Assembly: GCF_046119375.1 (NCBI RefSeq)
Contig: NW_027362769.1
Span: 359,848,001-359,912,000 of the forward strand
DNA from: Phyllobates terribilis
Taxonomy: Eukaryota
Direction of reading: 5' to 3'
Length of the DNA: 64,000 nt
In this document: piece by piece, positions 39,201-51,900 of the stretch
How positions within the stretch are numbered: position 1 is the first letter of the stretch
Layout of the letters: each line of letters starts with the position of its first letter
Position numbers and translations under genes: made by a program
Notes under the pieces: generated by a model
What the model was told of the DNA's origin: nothing
The model's input: only the letters and a program-made list of their open reading frames with translations
The model's database searches: none

Positions 39201-42200
39201 AGCAGTATATACAGTGTATAGAGCAGTGTGTACAGTATATAGAGCAGTGTGTACAGTATAAAGAACTGCCTGTACAGTATATAGAGCAGTGTGTACAGTA
39301 TATAGAGAAGCCTGTACAGTATATAGAGCAGTGTGTACAGTATATAGAGCAGTCTGTACTGTGTATAGAGCAGTGTGTACAGTATATAGAGCAGCGTGTA
39401 CAGTATATAGAGCAGTGTGTACAGTATATAGAGCAGTGTGTATAGTATATAGAGCTGCCTGTACAGTATATAGAGCAGTGTGTACAGTATATAGAGCAGT
39501 GTGTATAGTATATAGAGCTGCCTGTACAGTATATAGAGCAGTGTGTACAGTTTATAGAGCAGCGTGTACAGCATATAGAGCAGTCTGTACAGTATATAGA
39601 GCAGTGTGTACAGTATATAGACCTGCCTGTACAGTATATAGAGCAGGGTGTACAGTATATAGAGCAGTGTGTACAGTATATAGAGCAGCCTGTACAGTAT
39701 ATAGAGCAGTGTGTACAGTATATAGAGCAGTGTGTACAGTATATAGAGCAGCCTGTACAGTATATAGAGCAGTGTGTACAGTATATAGAGCAGCCTGTAC
39801 AGTATATAGAGCAGTGTGTACAGTATATAGAGCAGTATGTACAGTATATAGAGCAGTGTGTACAGTATATACAGCAGTGTGTACAGTATATAGAGCAGTA
39901 TGTACAGTATATAGAGCTGCCTGTACAGTATATAGAGCAGTGTGTACAGTATATAGACCTGCCTGTACAGTATATAGAGCAGGGTGTACAGTATATAGAG
40001 CAGTGTGTACAGTATATAAAGCAGCCTGTACAGTATATAGAGCAGTGTGTACAGTATATAGAGCAGTGTGTGCAGTATATAGAGCAGTGTGTACAGTATA
40101 TAGAGCAGTGTGTACAGTGTATAGAGCAGTGTATATAGTATATTGAGCTGCCTGTACAGTATATAGAGCAGTGTGTACAGTATATAGAGCAGTATATACA
40201 GTGTATAGAGCAGTGTGTACAGTATATAGAGCAGTGTGTACAGTATAAAGAACTGCCTGTACAGTATATAGAGCAGTGTGTACAGTATATAGAGAAGCCT
40301 GTACAGTATATAGAGCAGTGTGTACAGTATATAGAGCAGTCTGTACTGTGTATAGAGCAGTGTGTACAGTATATAGAGCAGCGTGTACAGTATATAGAGC
40401 AGTGTGTACAGTATATAGAGCAGTGTGTATAGTATATAGAGCTGCCTGTACAGTATATAGAGCAGTGTGTACAGTATATAGAGCAGTGTGTATAGTATAT
40501 AGAGCTGCCTGTACAGTATATACAGCAGCGTGTACAGTATATACAGCAGTGTGTACAGTATATAGAGCAGTGTGTACAGTATATAGAGCAGCCTGTACAG
40601 TATATAGAGCAGTATATACAGTGTATAGTGCAGTGTGTACAGTATATAGAGCTGCCTGTACAGTATATAGAGCAGTGTGTACAGTATATAGAGCAGGGTG
40701 TACAGTATATAGAGCAGCCTGTACAGTATATACAGCAGCGTGTACAGTATATACAGCAGTGTGTACAGTATATAGAGCTGCCTGTACAGTATATAGACCA
40801 GTGTGTACAGTATATAGAGCAGCCTGTAGAGTATATAGAGCAGTGTGTACAGTATATAGAGCAGCCTATACAGTATATAGAGCAGTGTGTACAGTATATA
40901 GAGCAGCCTGTAGAGTATATAGAACAGGGTGTACAGTATATAGAGCAGTGTGTACAGTATATAGAGCAGCCTATACAGTATATAGAGCAGTGTGTACAGT
41001 ATATAGAGCAGTGTGTACAGTATATAGAGCAGCCTGTACAGTATATAGAGCAGGGTGTACAGTATATAGAGCAGCCTGTACAGTATATAGAGCAGTGTGT
41101 ACAGTATATAGAACAGTGTGTATAGTATATAGAGCTGCCTGTACAGTATATAGAGCAGTGTGTACAGTATATAGAGCAGTGTATACAGTATATTGAGCTG
41201 CCTGTACAGTATATAGAGCAGTGTGTACAGTATATAGAGCAGTATATACAGTGTATAGAGCAGTGTGTACAGTATATAGAGCAGTGTGTACAGTATAAAG
41301 AGCTGCCTGTACAGTATATAGAGCCGTGTGTACAGTATATAGAGCAGTGTGTACAGTATGTAGAGCAGTATATACAGTATATAGAGCAGTGTGTACAGTA
41401 TATAGAGCAGTGTGTACAGTATATAGAGCAGCCTGTACAGTATATAGAGCTGCCTGTACAGTATATAGAGCAGCCTGTACAATATATAGAGCAGTGTGTA
41501 CAGTATATAGAGCAGTGTGTACAGTATATAGAGCAGTGTGTACAGTATATAGAGCAGCCTGTACAGTATATAGAGCTGCCTGTACAGTATATAGAGCAGC
41601 CTGTACAGTATATAGAGCAGGGTGTACAGTATATAGAGCAGTGTGTATAGTATATAGAGCAGCCTGTACAGTATATAGAGCAGTGTGTACAGTATATAGA
41701 GCAGCATGTACAGTATATAGAGCAGTATGTACAGTATATAGAGCAGAGTGTACAGTATATAGAGCAGCCTGTACAGTATATAGAGCTGCCTTTACAGTAT
41801 ATAGAGCAGTGTGTACAGTATATAGAGCAGCCTGTACAGTATATAGAGCTGTGTGTACAGTATATAGAGCTGCCTGTACAGTATATAGAGCAGTGTGTAC
41901 AGTATATAGAGCAGCCTGTACAGTATATAGAGCTGCCTGTACAGTATATAGAGCAGCCTGTACATTATATAGAGCAGTGTGTACAGTATATAGATCAGTG
42001 TGTACAGTATATAGAGCAGCCTGTACAGTATATAGAGCAGTGTGTATAGTATATAGAGCAGCCTGTACAGTATATAGAGCTGCCTGTACAGTATATAGAG
42101 CAGTGTGTACAGTATATAGAGCTGCCTGTACAGTATATAGAGCAGTGTGTACAGTATATAGAGCAGCCTGTACAGTATATAGAGCAGTGTGTACAGTATA

Positions 42201-45200
42201 TAGAGCTGCCTGTACAGTATATAGAGCAGTGTGTACAGTAAATAGACCTGCCTGTACAGTATATAGAGCAGGGTGTACAGTATATAGAGCAGTGTGTATA
42301 GTATATAGAGCAGGGTGTACAGTATATAGAGCAGTGTGTACAGTATATAGAGCTGCCTCTACAGTATATAGAGCAGGGTGTACAGTATATACAGCAGTGT
42401 GTACAGTATATAGAGCAGTGTGTACAGTATATAGAGCAGCCTGTACAGTATATAGAGCAATGTGTACAGTATATAGAGCTGCCTGTACATTATATAGAGC
42501 AGTGTGTACAGTATATAGAGCAGTGTGTATATTATATAGAGCAGCCTGTACAGTATATAGAGCAGGGTGTACAGTATATAGAGCAGTGTGTACAGTATAT
42601 AGAGCAGCCTGTACAGTATATAGAGCAGTGGGTACAGTATATAAAGCTGCCTGTACATTATATAGAGCAGTGTGTACAGTATATAGACCTGCCTGTACAG
42701 TATATAGAGCAGGGTGTACAGTATATAGAGCAGTGTGTACAGTATATAGAGCAGTCTGTACTGTGTATAGAGCAGTGTGTACAGTATATAGAGCAGTGTG
42801 TACAGTATATAGAGCAGCCTGTACAGTATATAGAGCAGTGTGTACAGTATATAGAGCTGCCTGTACAGTATATAGAGCAGTGTGTACAGTTTATAGAGCA
42901 GCGTGTACAGTATATAGAGCAGTGTGTACAGTATATAGAGCAGTGTGTGCAGTATATAGAGCAGTGTGTATAGTATATAGAGCTGCCTGTATAGTATATA
43001 GAGCAGTGTGTACAGTATATAGAGCAGACTGTACAGTATATAGAGCAGTGTGTACAGTGTCTAGAGCAGTGTGTATAGTATATTGAGCTGCCTGTACAGT
43101 ATATAGAGCAGTGTGTACAGTATATAGAGCAGTATATACAGTGTATAGAGCAGTGTGTACAGTATATAGAGCAGTGTGTACAGTATAAAGAGCAGTGTGT
43201 ATAGTATATAGAGCAGTGTGTACAGTATATAGAGAAGCCTGTACAGTATATAGAGCAGTGTGTACAGTATATAGAGAAGCCTGTACAGTATATAGAGCAG
43301 TGTGTACAGTATATAGAGCAGTCTGTACTGTGTATAGAGCAGTGTGTACAGTATATAGAGCAGCGTGTACAGTATATAGAGCAGTGTGTACAGTATATAG
43401 AGCAGTGTGTATAGTATATAGAGCTGCCTGTACAGTATATAGAGCAGTGTGTACAGTATATAGAGCAGTATATACAGTGTATAGTGCAGTGTGTACAGTA
43501 TATAGAGCTGCCTGTACAGTATATAGAGCAGTGTGTACAGTATATAGAGCAGGGTGTACAGTATATAGAGCAGCCTGTACAGTATATACAGCAACGTGTA
43601 CAGTATATACAGCAGTGTGTACAGTATATAGACCTGCCTGTACAGTATATAGAGCAGTGTGTACAGTATATAGAGCTGCCTGTACAGTATATAGAGCAGC
43701 CTGTAGAGTATATAGAGCAGGGTGTACAGTATATAGAGCAGTGTGTACAGTATATAGAGCAGCCTATACAGTATATAGAGCAGTGTGTACAGTATATAGA
43801 GCAGTGTGTACAGTATATAGAGCTGCCTGTACAGTATATAGAACAGGGTGTACAGTATATAGAGCAGCCTGTACAGTATATAGAGCAGTGTGTACAGTAT
43901 ATAGAACAGTGTGTATAGTATATAGAGCTGCCTGTACAGTATATAGAGCAGTGTGTACAGTATATAGAGCAGTGTGTACAGTATATTGAGCTGCCTGTAC
44001 AGTATATAGAGCAGTGTGTACAGTATATAGAGCAGTATATACAGTGTATAGAGCAGTGTGTACAGTATATAGAGCAGTGTGTACAGTATAAAGAGCTGCC
44101 TGTACATTATATAGAGCAGTGTGTATAGTATATAGCGCAGTCTGTACTGTGTATAGAGCAGTGTGTACAGTACATAGAGCAGCGTGTACAGTATATAGAG
44201 CCGTGTGTACAGTATATAGAGCAGCCTGTACAGTATATAGAGCAGTGTGTATAGTATATAGAGCTGCCTGTACAGTATATAGAGCAGTGTGTACAGTATA
44301 TAGAGCAGTATATACAGTGTATAGTGCAGTGTGTACAGTATATAGAGCAGCCTGTACAGTATATAGAGCAGGGTGTACAGTATATAGAGCAGCCTGTACA
44401 GTATATACAGCAGTGTGTACAGTATATAGAGCTGCCTGTACAGTATATAGAGCAGCCTGTACAGTATAAAGAGCAGGGTGTACAGTATATAGAGCAGTCT
44501 GTACAGTATATAGAGCAGGGTGTACAGTATATAGAGCAGTGTGTACAGTATATAGAGCAGCCTGTACAGTATATAGAGCAGTGTGTACAGTATATAGAAC
44601 AGTGTGTATAGTATATAGAGCTGCCTGTACAGTATATAGAGCAGTGTGTACAGTATATAGAGCAGCCTTTACAGTTTATAGAGCAGTGTGTACAGTACAT
44701 AGAGCTGCCTGTACAGTATATAAAGCAGTTTGTACAGTATATAGAGCAGTGTGTACAGTATATAGAGCAGCCTGTACAGTATATAGAGCAGTGTGTACAG
44801 TATATAGAGCAGTATATACAGTGTATAGTGCAGTGTGTACAGTATATAGAGAAGCCTGTACAGTATATAGAGCAGTGTGTACAGTATATAGAGCAGTCTG
44901 TACTGTGTATAGAGCAGTGTGTACAGTATATAGAGCAGCGTGTACAGTATATAGAGCAGTGTGTACAGTATATAGAGCAGTGTGTATAGTATATAGAGCT
45001 GCCTGTACAGTATATAGAGCAGTGTGTACAGTATATAGAGCAGTGTGTACAGTATATAGAGCAGTATATACAGTGTATAGTGCAGTGTGTACAGTATATA
45101 GAGCTGCCTGTACAGTATATAGAGCAGTGTGTACAGTATATAGAGCAGGGTGTACAGTTTATAGAGCAGCCTGTACAGTATATACAGCAACGTGTACAGT

Positions 45201-46444
45201 ATATACAGCAGTGTGTACAGTATATAGAGCTGCCTGTACAGTATATAGAGCAGTGTGTATAGTATATAGAGCTGCCTGTACAGTATATAGAGCAGCCTGT
45301 AGAGTATATAGAGCAGGGTGTACAGTATATAGAGCAGTGTGTACAGTATATAGAGCAGCCTATACAGTATATAGAGCAGTGTGTACAGTATATAGAGCAG
45401 TGTGTACAGTATATAGAGCTGCCTGTACAGTATATAGAACAGGGTGTACAGTATATAGAGCAGCCTGTACAGTATATAGAGCAGTGTGTAGAGTATATAG
45501 AACAGTGTGTATAGTATATAGAGCTGCCTGTACAGTATATAGAGCAGTGTGTACAGTATATAGAGCAGTGTGTACAGTATATTGAGCTGCCTGTACAGTA
45601 TATAGAGCAGTGTGTACAGTATATAGAGCAGTATATACAGTGTATAGAGCAGTGTGTACAGTATATAGAGCAGTGTGTACAGTATAAAGAGCTGCCTGTA
45701 CAGTATATAGAGTAGTGTGTACAGTATATTGAGCTGCCTGTACAGTATATAGAACAGGGTGTACAGTATATAGAGCAGCCTGTACAGTATATAGAGCAGT
45801 GTGTACAGTATATAGAACAGTGTGTATAGTATATAGAGCTGCCTGTACAGTATATAGAGCAGTGTGTACAGTATATAGAGCAGTGTGTACAGTATATTGA
45901 GCTGCCTGTACAGTATATAGAGCAGTGTGTACAGTATATAGAGCAGTATATACAGTGTATAGAGCAGTGTGTACAGTATATAGAGCAGTGTGTACAGTAT
46001 AAAGAGCTGCCTGTACAGTATATAGAGCAGTGTGTACAGTATATAGAGCAGCCTGTACAGTATATAGAGCAGTGTGTACAGTATATAGAGCAGTCTGTAC
46101 TGTGTATAGAGCAGTGTGTACAGTATATAGAGCAGCGTGTACAGTATATAGAGCCGTGTGTACAGTATATAGAGCAGCCTGTACAGTATATAGAGTAGTG
46201 TGTATAGTATATAGAGCTGCCTGTACAGTATATAGAGCAGTGTGTACAGTATATAGAGCAGTATATACAGTGTATAGTGCAGTGTGTACAGTATATAGAG
46301 CAGCCTGTACAGTATATAGAGCAGGGTGTACAGTATATAGAGCAGCCTGTACAGTATATACAGCAGTGTGTACAGTATATAGAGCTGCCTGTACAGTATA
46401 TAGAGCAGTGTGTATAGTATATAGAGCTGCCTGTACAGTATATA
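30222..46444 (+). repeat. 21-bp satellite, ~16.2 kb (~770 units)
   Basis: Consensus CAGTATATAGAGC(A/T)G(TG/CC)TGTA, with interspersed variants and kb-scale internal duplications. Confidence 0.99.
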
Positions 46445-47448
46445 TGTGACACCCCAGGGGTCTGGTTGCCACAGTGATAGAGATGTTATGTCTGAGAGCA
46501 GGTGGGAGGTCCTTTGGTCAGGGATCCTGTGCATGCCACACCTCCTGCCCAGTCTTGGGTGGGGAAGAACTTCCCCTATATAAACCCAGGGCTGAAGCAG
46601 GGTTAGGAGTCAAGGAGAGTAGAGACAAGAGACAGTCATAGGAAGAAACAGCTGGAGCTCAGTGGGAGCAATACTACTACGAGTCAGGGGCTGGCAGCTG
46701 CAGAGCTCGCCCTGACTGAGAAGCTTTCTTACCGGACCCGGCGTCCGAGGCTGTGGGGACTAACTCTTACCCAGCAGCAGAAGCCGACCGGCAGGGGATT
46801 TCAGGTCCTCAGGCCCAGAAACCCGAAGGCACGGTCACACGTGTGGGACCAGCACCGCCATCGTGGAGCGGAAGCCAATAGAAGGCCCCGAGTCACCGGC
46901 CATACGGGTGAGCACCACACGGTACACTCAGGGACGTGGGCTACTTATATCCGCTTCTAGCAAGGTAGCCAGAAGAGTACAGTCAGTTTGGGAGGCCTAC
47001 AACTCCGCCTGGCCAGGGGAGATCCCATCTGCTCAAGGACTGACCAGGCCCCGTTCGCTAGCAAGTACTCCGGGAGGGTCTATCGTTGTTACCAGTAAAG
47101 ACCCTGAATTACACCGCACCGTCTCTGAGTGGTTCCTGCTACCCCCATCTTCCACGTCGGCTGCCCTGAGGCCATACCCCTCCCGTTGGGGGTTATACTA
47201 TCACGCTGCACAATTCTACACCGGCCTCAGCGGTCTGCCCTGCAGCGGCAGCTCCATAGCTGCAAATCAACGGGTGGCGTAGTCGACACTCAAATAACAT
47301 CTATCAAGACTGCCACACACTGAGTCTGACCCCCTGGGCACGGACCGGGTCCCCGCCACTCGGAGACTACAACCCTCATCTGATCCGGTTCCGGGTAAGC
47401 CCCCGTGCGCGAGACGCTACGCGACACAGCAGGCCCAGGGGCGCGTCA
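46445..47448 (+). repeat. Gypsy 5' LTR (~1 kb)
   Basis: Starts TGTGACACCCC, has TATATAAA at 46577-46584 and ends GGGGCGCGTCA 4 nt before the PBS. The right boundary is inferred from the PBS. Confidence 0.75.
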
Positions 47449-47452
47449 ACTT

Positions 47453-47470
47453 TGGCGTAGTCGGCAGGAT
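47453..47470 (+). promoter_or_regulatory. Primer-binding site complementary to the 3' 18 nt of tRNA-Ser
   Basis: TGGCGTAGTCGGCAGGAT is the reverse complement of ATCCTGCCGACTACG-CCA, the 3' end of vertebrate tRNA-Ser as recalled from memory. Confidence 0.88.
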
Positions 47471-47892
47471 TTCGTGCCCGCAACCACCGGGTACTGCGTG
47501 CCTGAAAAGCAAAGACTGTTCAAACTTACCAGTGGTGAGGTTTCCCGCCATCCGGCGCCATCTTCTGCCTTCTTCCCGCCATCCGCGAAGTTTTCCCGCC
47601 ATCCGGCGCCATCTTCGGCCTTCTTCCCGCCATCCGTGGAGTTTTCCCGCCATTGGACGCCATCTTGAGGACGCCGCGCGGGAAGAAGAGGGGCGTGGAC
47701 TTCGAAAGCGCGCGAGAACTGAATCCCCGCCTCACGTCCGGACGTTGCGTAAGGTCCTGGAAGGAGCCCAGCAGACGCCGACGTCACTGGAGCGCGACGG
47801 AAGGTCCTCAACCCTGACGATCTACTGCGGAGCCGCGGCCTACGGAACAGGATCATCGCAAGGTAGGCCACGGTCCACTAGGGGGGAGGAAG

Positions 47893-48873
47893 ATGTCGGA
47901 TACGGAGGAGAGCTTCACTGCCTCAACCCCCGCCAGCGCCACCGCTGCTGCAGTTATGCCCTTCACCATGCCCTATATCCCGGGAGCAGCTTGGCTACCC
48001 CAGTACTCAGGGGAGTCACATACCCTGCATGACTTTAGAGAAAAGCTGGATAGCCTCTTCCAGGTGTACCCCCTCACAGAAGAGCAAAAAGTGAGCATCC
48101 TGGTGGCCCAACTAACCGGGGCAGCTAAAAGGGAAGTAAAATCCTGGCCACCTGGGAGGAAGACTGTCGCAGGGATACTAACCCGGCTGAAGGATACCTT
48201 TGATACCCGCACCTCAGCCGAGATTAAGCTTAGATTCTACGGGTGCAAGCAGCGAGCGCATGAGAGTATAAGGGACTATGCACTAAACCTACAAGAGGCC
48301 CTGAGGGCCATTAAGCAGACCGACCCTGATGGAGTGGGAAACGAGGACAGGCTGTTGACTGAACAATTTATAGAGGGACTGTATTGTAATGCCCACCGAA
48401 CCCAGTTGCGGGCGATGGCCTTACAGGATCCCCATCTGGGCTTTGCACAGTTCAAGGACAGAGCCATCCGGGTGCTCCGAGAACCGGCACCGGGTGGCGT
48501 TATGACCCACAGGCGCCCAGCTATTACTTACCACCAGGAGGCGGCGCCCTTGTCGGCAGGGCCTGTGGGAGCTGATGCGCAGGCTTTGGACAATGACCCG
48601 GCTCCAGACCTACACCATCAGGTCCAAGAGCTAGCTAAGAGCGTTGCTGCGCTAACCCGAACTGTGCAGTCTTTACAGGTTTCCACCCCAGGGAAGATCC
48701 AGCTGGCATCCGGACCGGAGGACATCCCGTGGCGTCGACCAAGGAGGACCCCACCGGCCAGAGGAAGACCCAGTGACCGATACAGCGAGGACGGACGACC
48801 CATCTGCCGCCGCTGCAATCAACCCGGACATATGGCAAGGTACTGTTCTTTAAACGGGCACAACCTGGGGTAG
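47893..48873 (+). CDS. gag: Gypsy Gag with a C-terminal CCHC zinc knuckle, intact ORF
   Basis: 326 aa; capsid-like LPQYSGE...EQFIEGL and CRRCNQPGHMARYC. Confidence 0.92.
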   Translation: MSDTEESFTASTPASATAAAVMPFTMPYIPGAAWLPQYSGESHTLHDFREKLDSLFQVYPLTEEQKVSILVAQLTGAAKREVKSWPPGRKTVAGILTRLKDTFDTRTSAEIKLRFYGCKQRAHESIRDYALNLQEALRAIKQTDPDGVGNEDRLLTEQFIEGLYCNAHRTQLRAMALQDPHLGFAQFKDRAIRVLREPAPGGVMTHRRPAITYHQEAAPLSAGPVGADAQALDNDPAPDLHHQVQELAKSVAALTRTVQSLQVSTPGKIQLASGPEDIPWRRPRRTPPARGRPSDRYSEDGRPICRRCNQPGHMARYCSLNGHNLG

Positions 48874-48907
48874 AGGGCCAACCCCCAGGAAAAAGATCAC
48901 CAGGCCC
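48849..48907 (+). promoter_or_regulatory. -1 ribosomal frameshift signal (U_UUA_AAC + predicted H-type pseudoknot)
   Basis: The heptamer 48849-48855 is in gag phase, followed by an 8-nt spacer, stem1 CCTGGGG 48864-70/CCCCAGG 48883-89 and stem2 GGGCC 48875-79/GGCCC 48903-07. The -1 frame is open into the protease. Confidence 0.75.
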
Positions 48908-51900
48908 ATCGAACTGGCGCGACAGATATGTGGGAGGACGTCCAGTCTTGCCGGTGGTACTGGATGGCATTCCCATGAGTGCCCTACTGGACACCGGGTC
49001 GCAGGTCACCACCATCCCGTACGTGCTCTTTAAGCAGTACTGGAATGACTCGGATATTACCCGCTACCCTGACGACGACTTGAGTATCATCGCCAGCAAT
49101 GGCCAGCCCGTGCCACAGATCGGATTTAAAGAGGTGACCATCAAAATCGGTAGAGTCGAACTGGCAGCACAGGGACTGATCATTGTAGATATTGACAAAC
49201 ATGAGAGTCACCCAAAAATAACTCTAGGAACTAATGTAATTGAAAATTGTCTTGCAGAGGTGATTTTCCTTTTACAGCAGGTTGCCAAGAACGCCAGCTC
49301 CGGCGAGCAGCGGGTGCTCCAGAAAGAGATCCGGGCACTGATGCGACGGCAACAGGTGGAACTCTCCGGCGGTGAGATTGGTAGCGTAAGAATGTGTGAC
49401 CCTTTTCCTATTGCCATGCCCCCAAAAAGTGAAATGATGATTTGGTGCCGGGCAGCTATTGGTCTGAGAGGTAGGGATTATCAGGCAATGATAGAACCAG
49501 TTTACTCAGACAGTAGGCCCACCATTTTGACAGCACGGGGGGTGGTTGATGTACGCCATGGGAGGGTGCCCGTTCGCATAATAAATATCGGGGAGAGGGA
49601 AGTGTACCTGCCCCGGTATGCCACGCTAGCCAAATTATATACCATTAACCAAAATTCTATACAATCTGTGGAACCCTTGCCTCCATCTCACCCGGAGGAA
49701 GGTAACGGCTCTAAGAAAAACATGGAGGACTGGTGTCAGCAACTACATCTGGGTACTGACTCCACTCCCTCACACCAGAAACAAGGAGTCTATCGGGTGG
49801 TTCAGGAGTACGAGAGAGTGTTCAGTAAACACCCGTTAGACTTCGGGCGAGTCAAGGGGGTAGAACACCACATCCCCACGGGAGACCATCCTCCTATAAA
49901 AGAGAGGTATCGACCCGTACCCCCTGCCCACTACCAACACGCCAAGGGGATGCTTAGAGACATGAAGGAGGCTGGGGTGATCAGGGATAGCTGTAGCCCC
50001 TGGGCAGCTCCACTAGTCTTAGTCAGAAAAAAAGACAACACCATGAGGATGTGTGTAGATTACCGGAAAATCAACCGTATCACACACAAGGATGCGTACC
50101 CCTTACCAAGGATAGAGGAGTCATTGGCTGCTTTAAGATCTGCTAACTTCTTCTCTACCTTGGATCTCACTAGCGGGTACTGGCAGGTTCCTGTAGCAGA
50201 GGCGGACCGGGAGAAGACCGCATTCACCACCCCGATGGGACTTAGCGAGTTCACCTGCATGCCGTTCGGACTCTGCAACGCACCAGGAACCTTCCAACGA
50301 CTAATGGAGTGTTGTCTGGGCCACAGAAACTTCGAGACGGTCTTGTTGTACCTGGACGATGTCATCGTATATTCCAAGACGTATGAGGACCAACTGAAAC
50401 ACCTGGCGGAAGTGTTCGAAGCTCTGGCGAGTTACGGCCTAAAGGTGAAACCCTCCTAGTGTCACCTCCTGAAACCAAAGGTGCAGTACCTGGGACACGT
50501 GGTGAGCGCTGACGGAGTGGCTCCCGACCCTGATAAGATCACCGCAATTAAGGAATGGCCAAGCCCCTCCAGCGTAAAAGAAGTGCGGCAGTTCCTCGGG
50601 TTCGTAGGCTACTACCGAAGGTTTATTCCCGGTTTCACCAAAAAGGCAGCACCTATGCAGGACCTCCTGATAGGCCAGTCCTGGAAGGCCAAGAACCAGA
50701 AGCCGCCCTTCAAATGGGAGGAGTTGGAAGAAGAGTCCTTCCGCCAGCTGAAGATGGCCCTCACGGGGGACGAAATCCTGGCGTACCCGGATTATAGCCA
50801 GCCCTTTATCCTCTACACCGACGCCAGTAACATCGGGCTAGGAGCCGTACTGTCCCAGATCCAGCAGGGGAAGGAACGAGTAATCGCCTACGCCAGCCGA
50901 AAACTGCGACCCACCGAAAGGAACCCCGAGAATTACAGCTCATTTAAGCTAGAGTTTAACCCGTTGACACACCTGGACACGGCAAGACTCGGTGCCCTGG
51001 AGCAGAGGTGGATGGCCCGTCTGTCCAACTACGAGTTCACAATCAAATACCGGGCCGGACGCTCCAATACCAACGCGGATGCCCTGTCCAGGATGCCCAA
51101 CCTGCCGGACGAAGGAGAAGATCCGGAGGGACTGGAAGAAGTTGAACTCCCTGCGTTCCACCGTCATGGGACTATCCAGTATTCCCACTGGGTAAGGAGT
51201 AAGCAGGCTGCTACGTTGAACCCCTTACCTCACTACAACTGGGCGGAAACGCAAGACAGCGACCCTGCCGTCCGACTGGTGAAGGAGATGCTGACTCGCC
51301 CGGAGGCTTGCCTTGAACCAGACGCTCCGGAGGAAGCCAAACAACTATGGGCAGAGAAGAGTCGACTGTTCCTTTACAAGGGGAAGTTGTGCCGCAGAAT
51401 GGTTAACTCCCGGACGCATGAACTACTCTGGCAAGTAGTGGTGCCACGAAGAGACGCAGCCATGGTGATGGAGGCATACCACGACGGAGCTGGACACTTC
51501 GGGTGGAAGAAGCTGGAGTTCCTGCTGCGCGAGCGATTCCACTGGGTAGGCATGAGGGGAACCATTGAGAAGTGGTGCAGAGACTGTGGCCCGTGCAACC
51601 TGAGAAGGAAGGACCGTGCCAGCCAGAAGACTCCCCTGCAGTCCATCGTCACCCGGCAACCGTTGGAACTGGTAGCCTTGGATCATGTAAAACTGACCCC
51701 AAGCAGAAGTGGCTACGTCTACGCGTTAACCATCGTGGATCATTACTCCCGGTTCTTGGTTGTCGTCCCCGTCAAGGACTTAACGGCTCAAACAGCAGCT
51801 AGAGCCTTCCAGCAGCACTTTTGCCGTCCACACGGGTACCCGGACCAAGTGCTGACGGACCAGGGACCTGCCTTTGAAGCGGAAGTCTTCCAGGAATTCT

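Noticed and set aside
47453-47470. tRNA gene
   Set aside because: Only the 18-nt complement of a tRNA-Ser 3' end including CCA is present, so it is a PBS. No cloverleaf or A/B boxes, and no tRNA, rRNA or U7 gene was recognised anywhere in the window.
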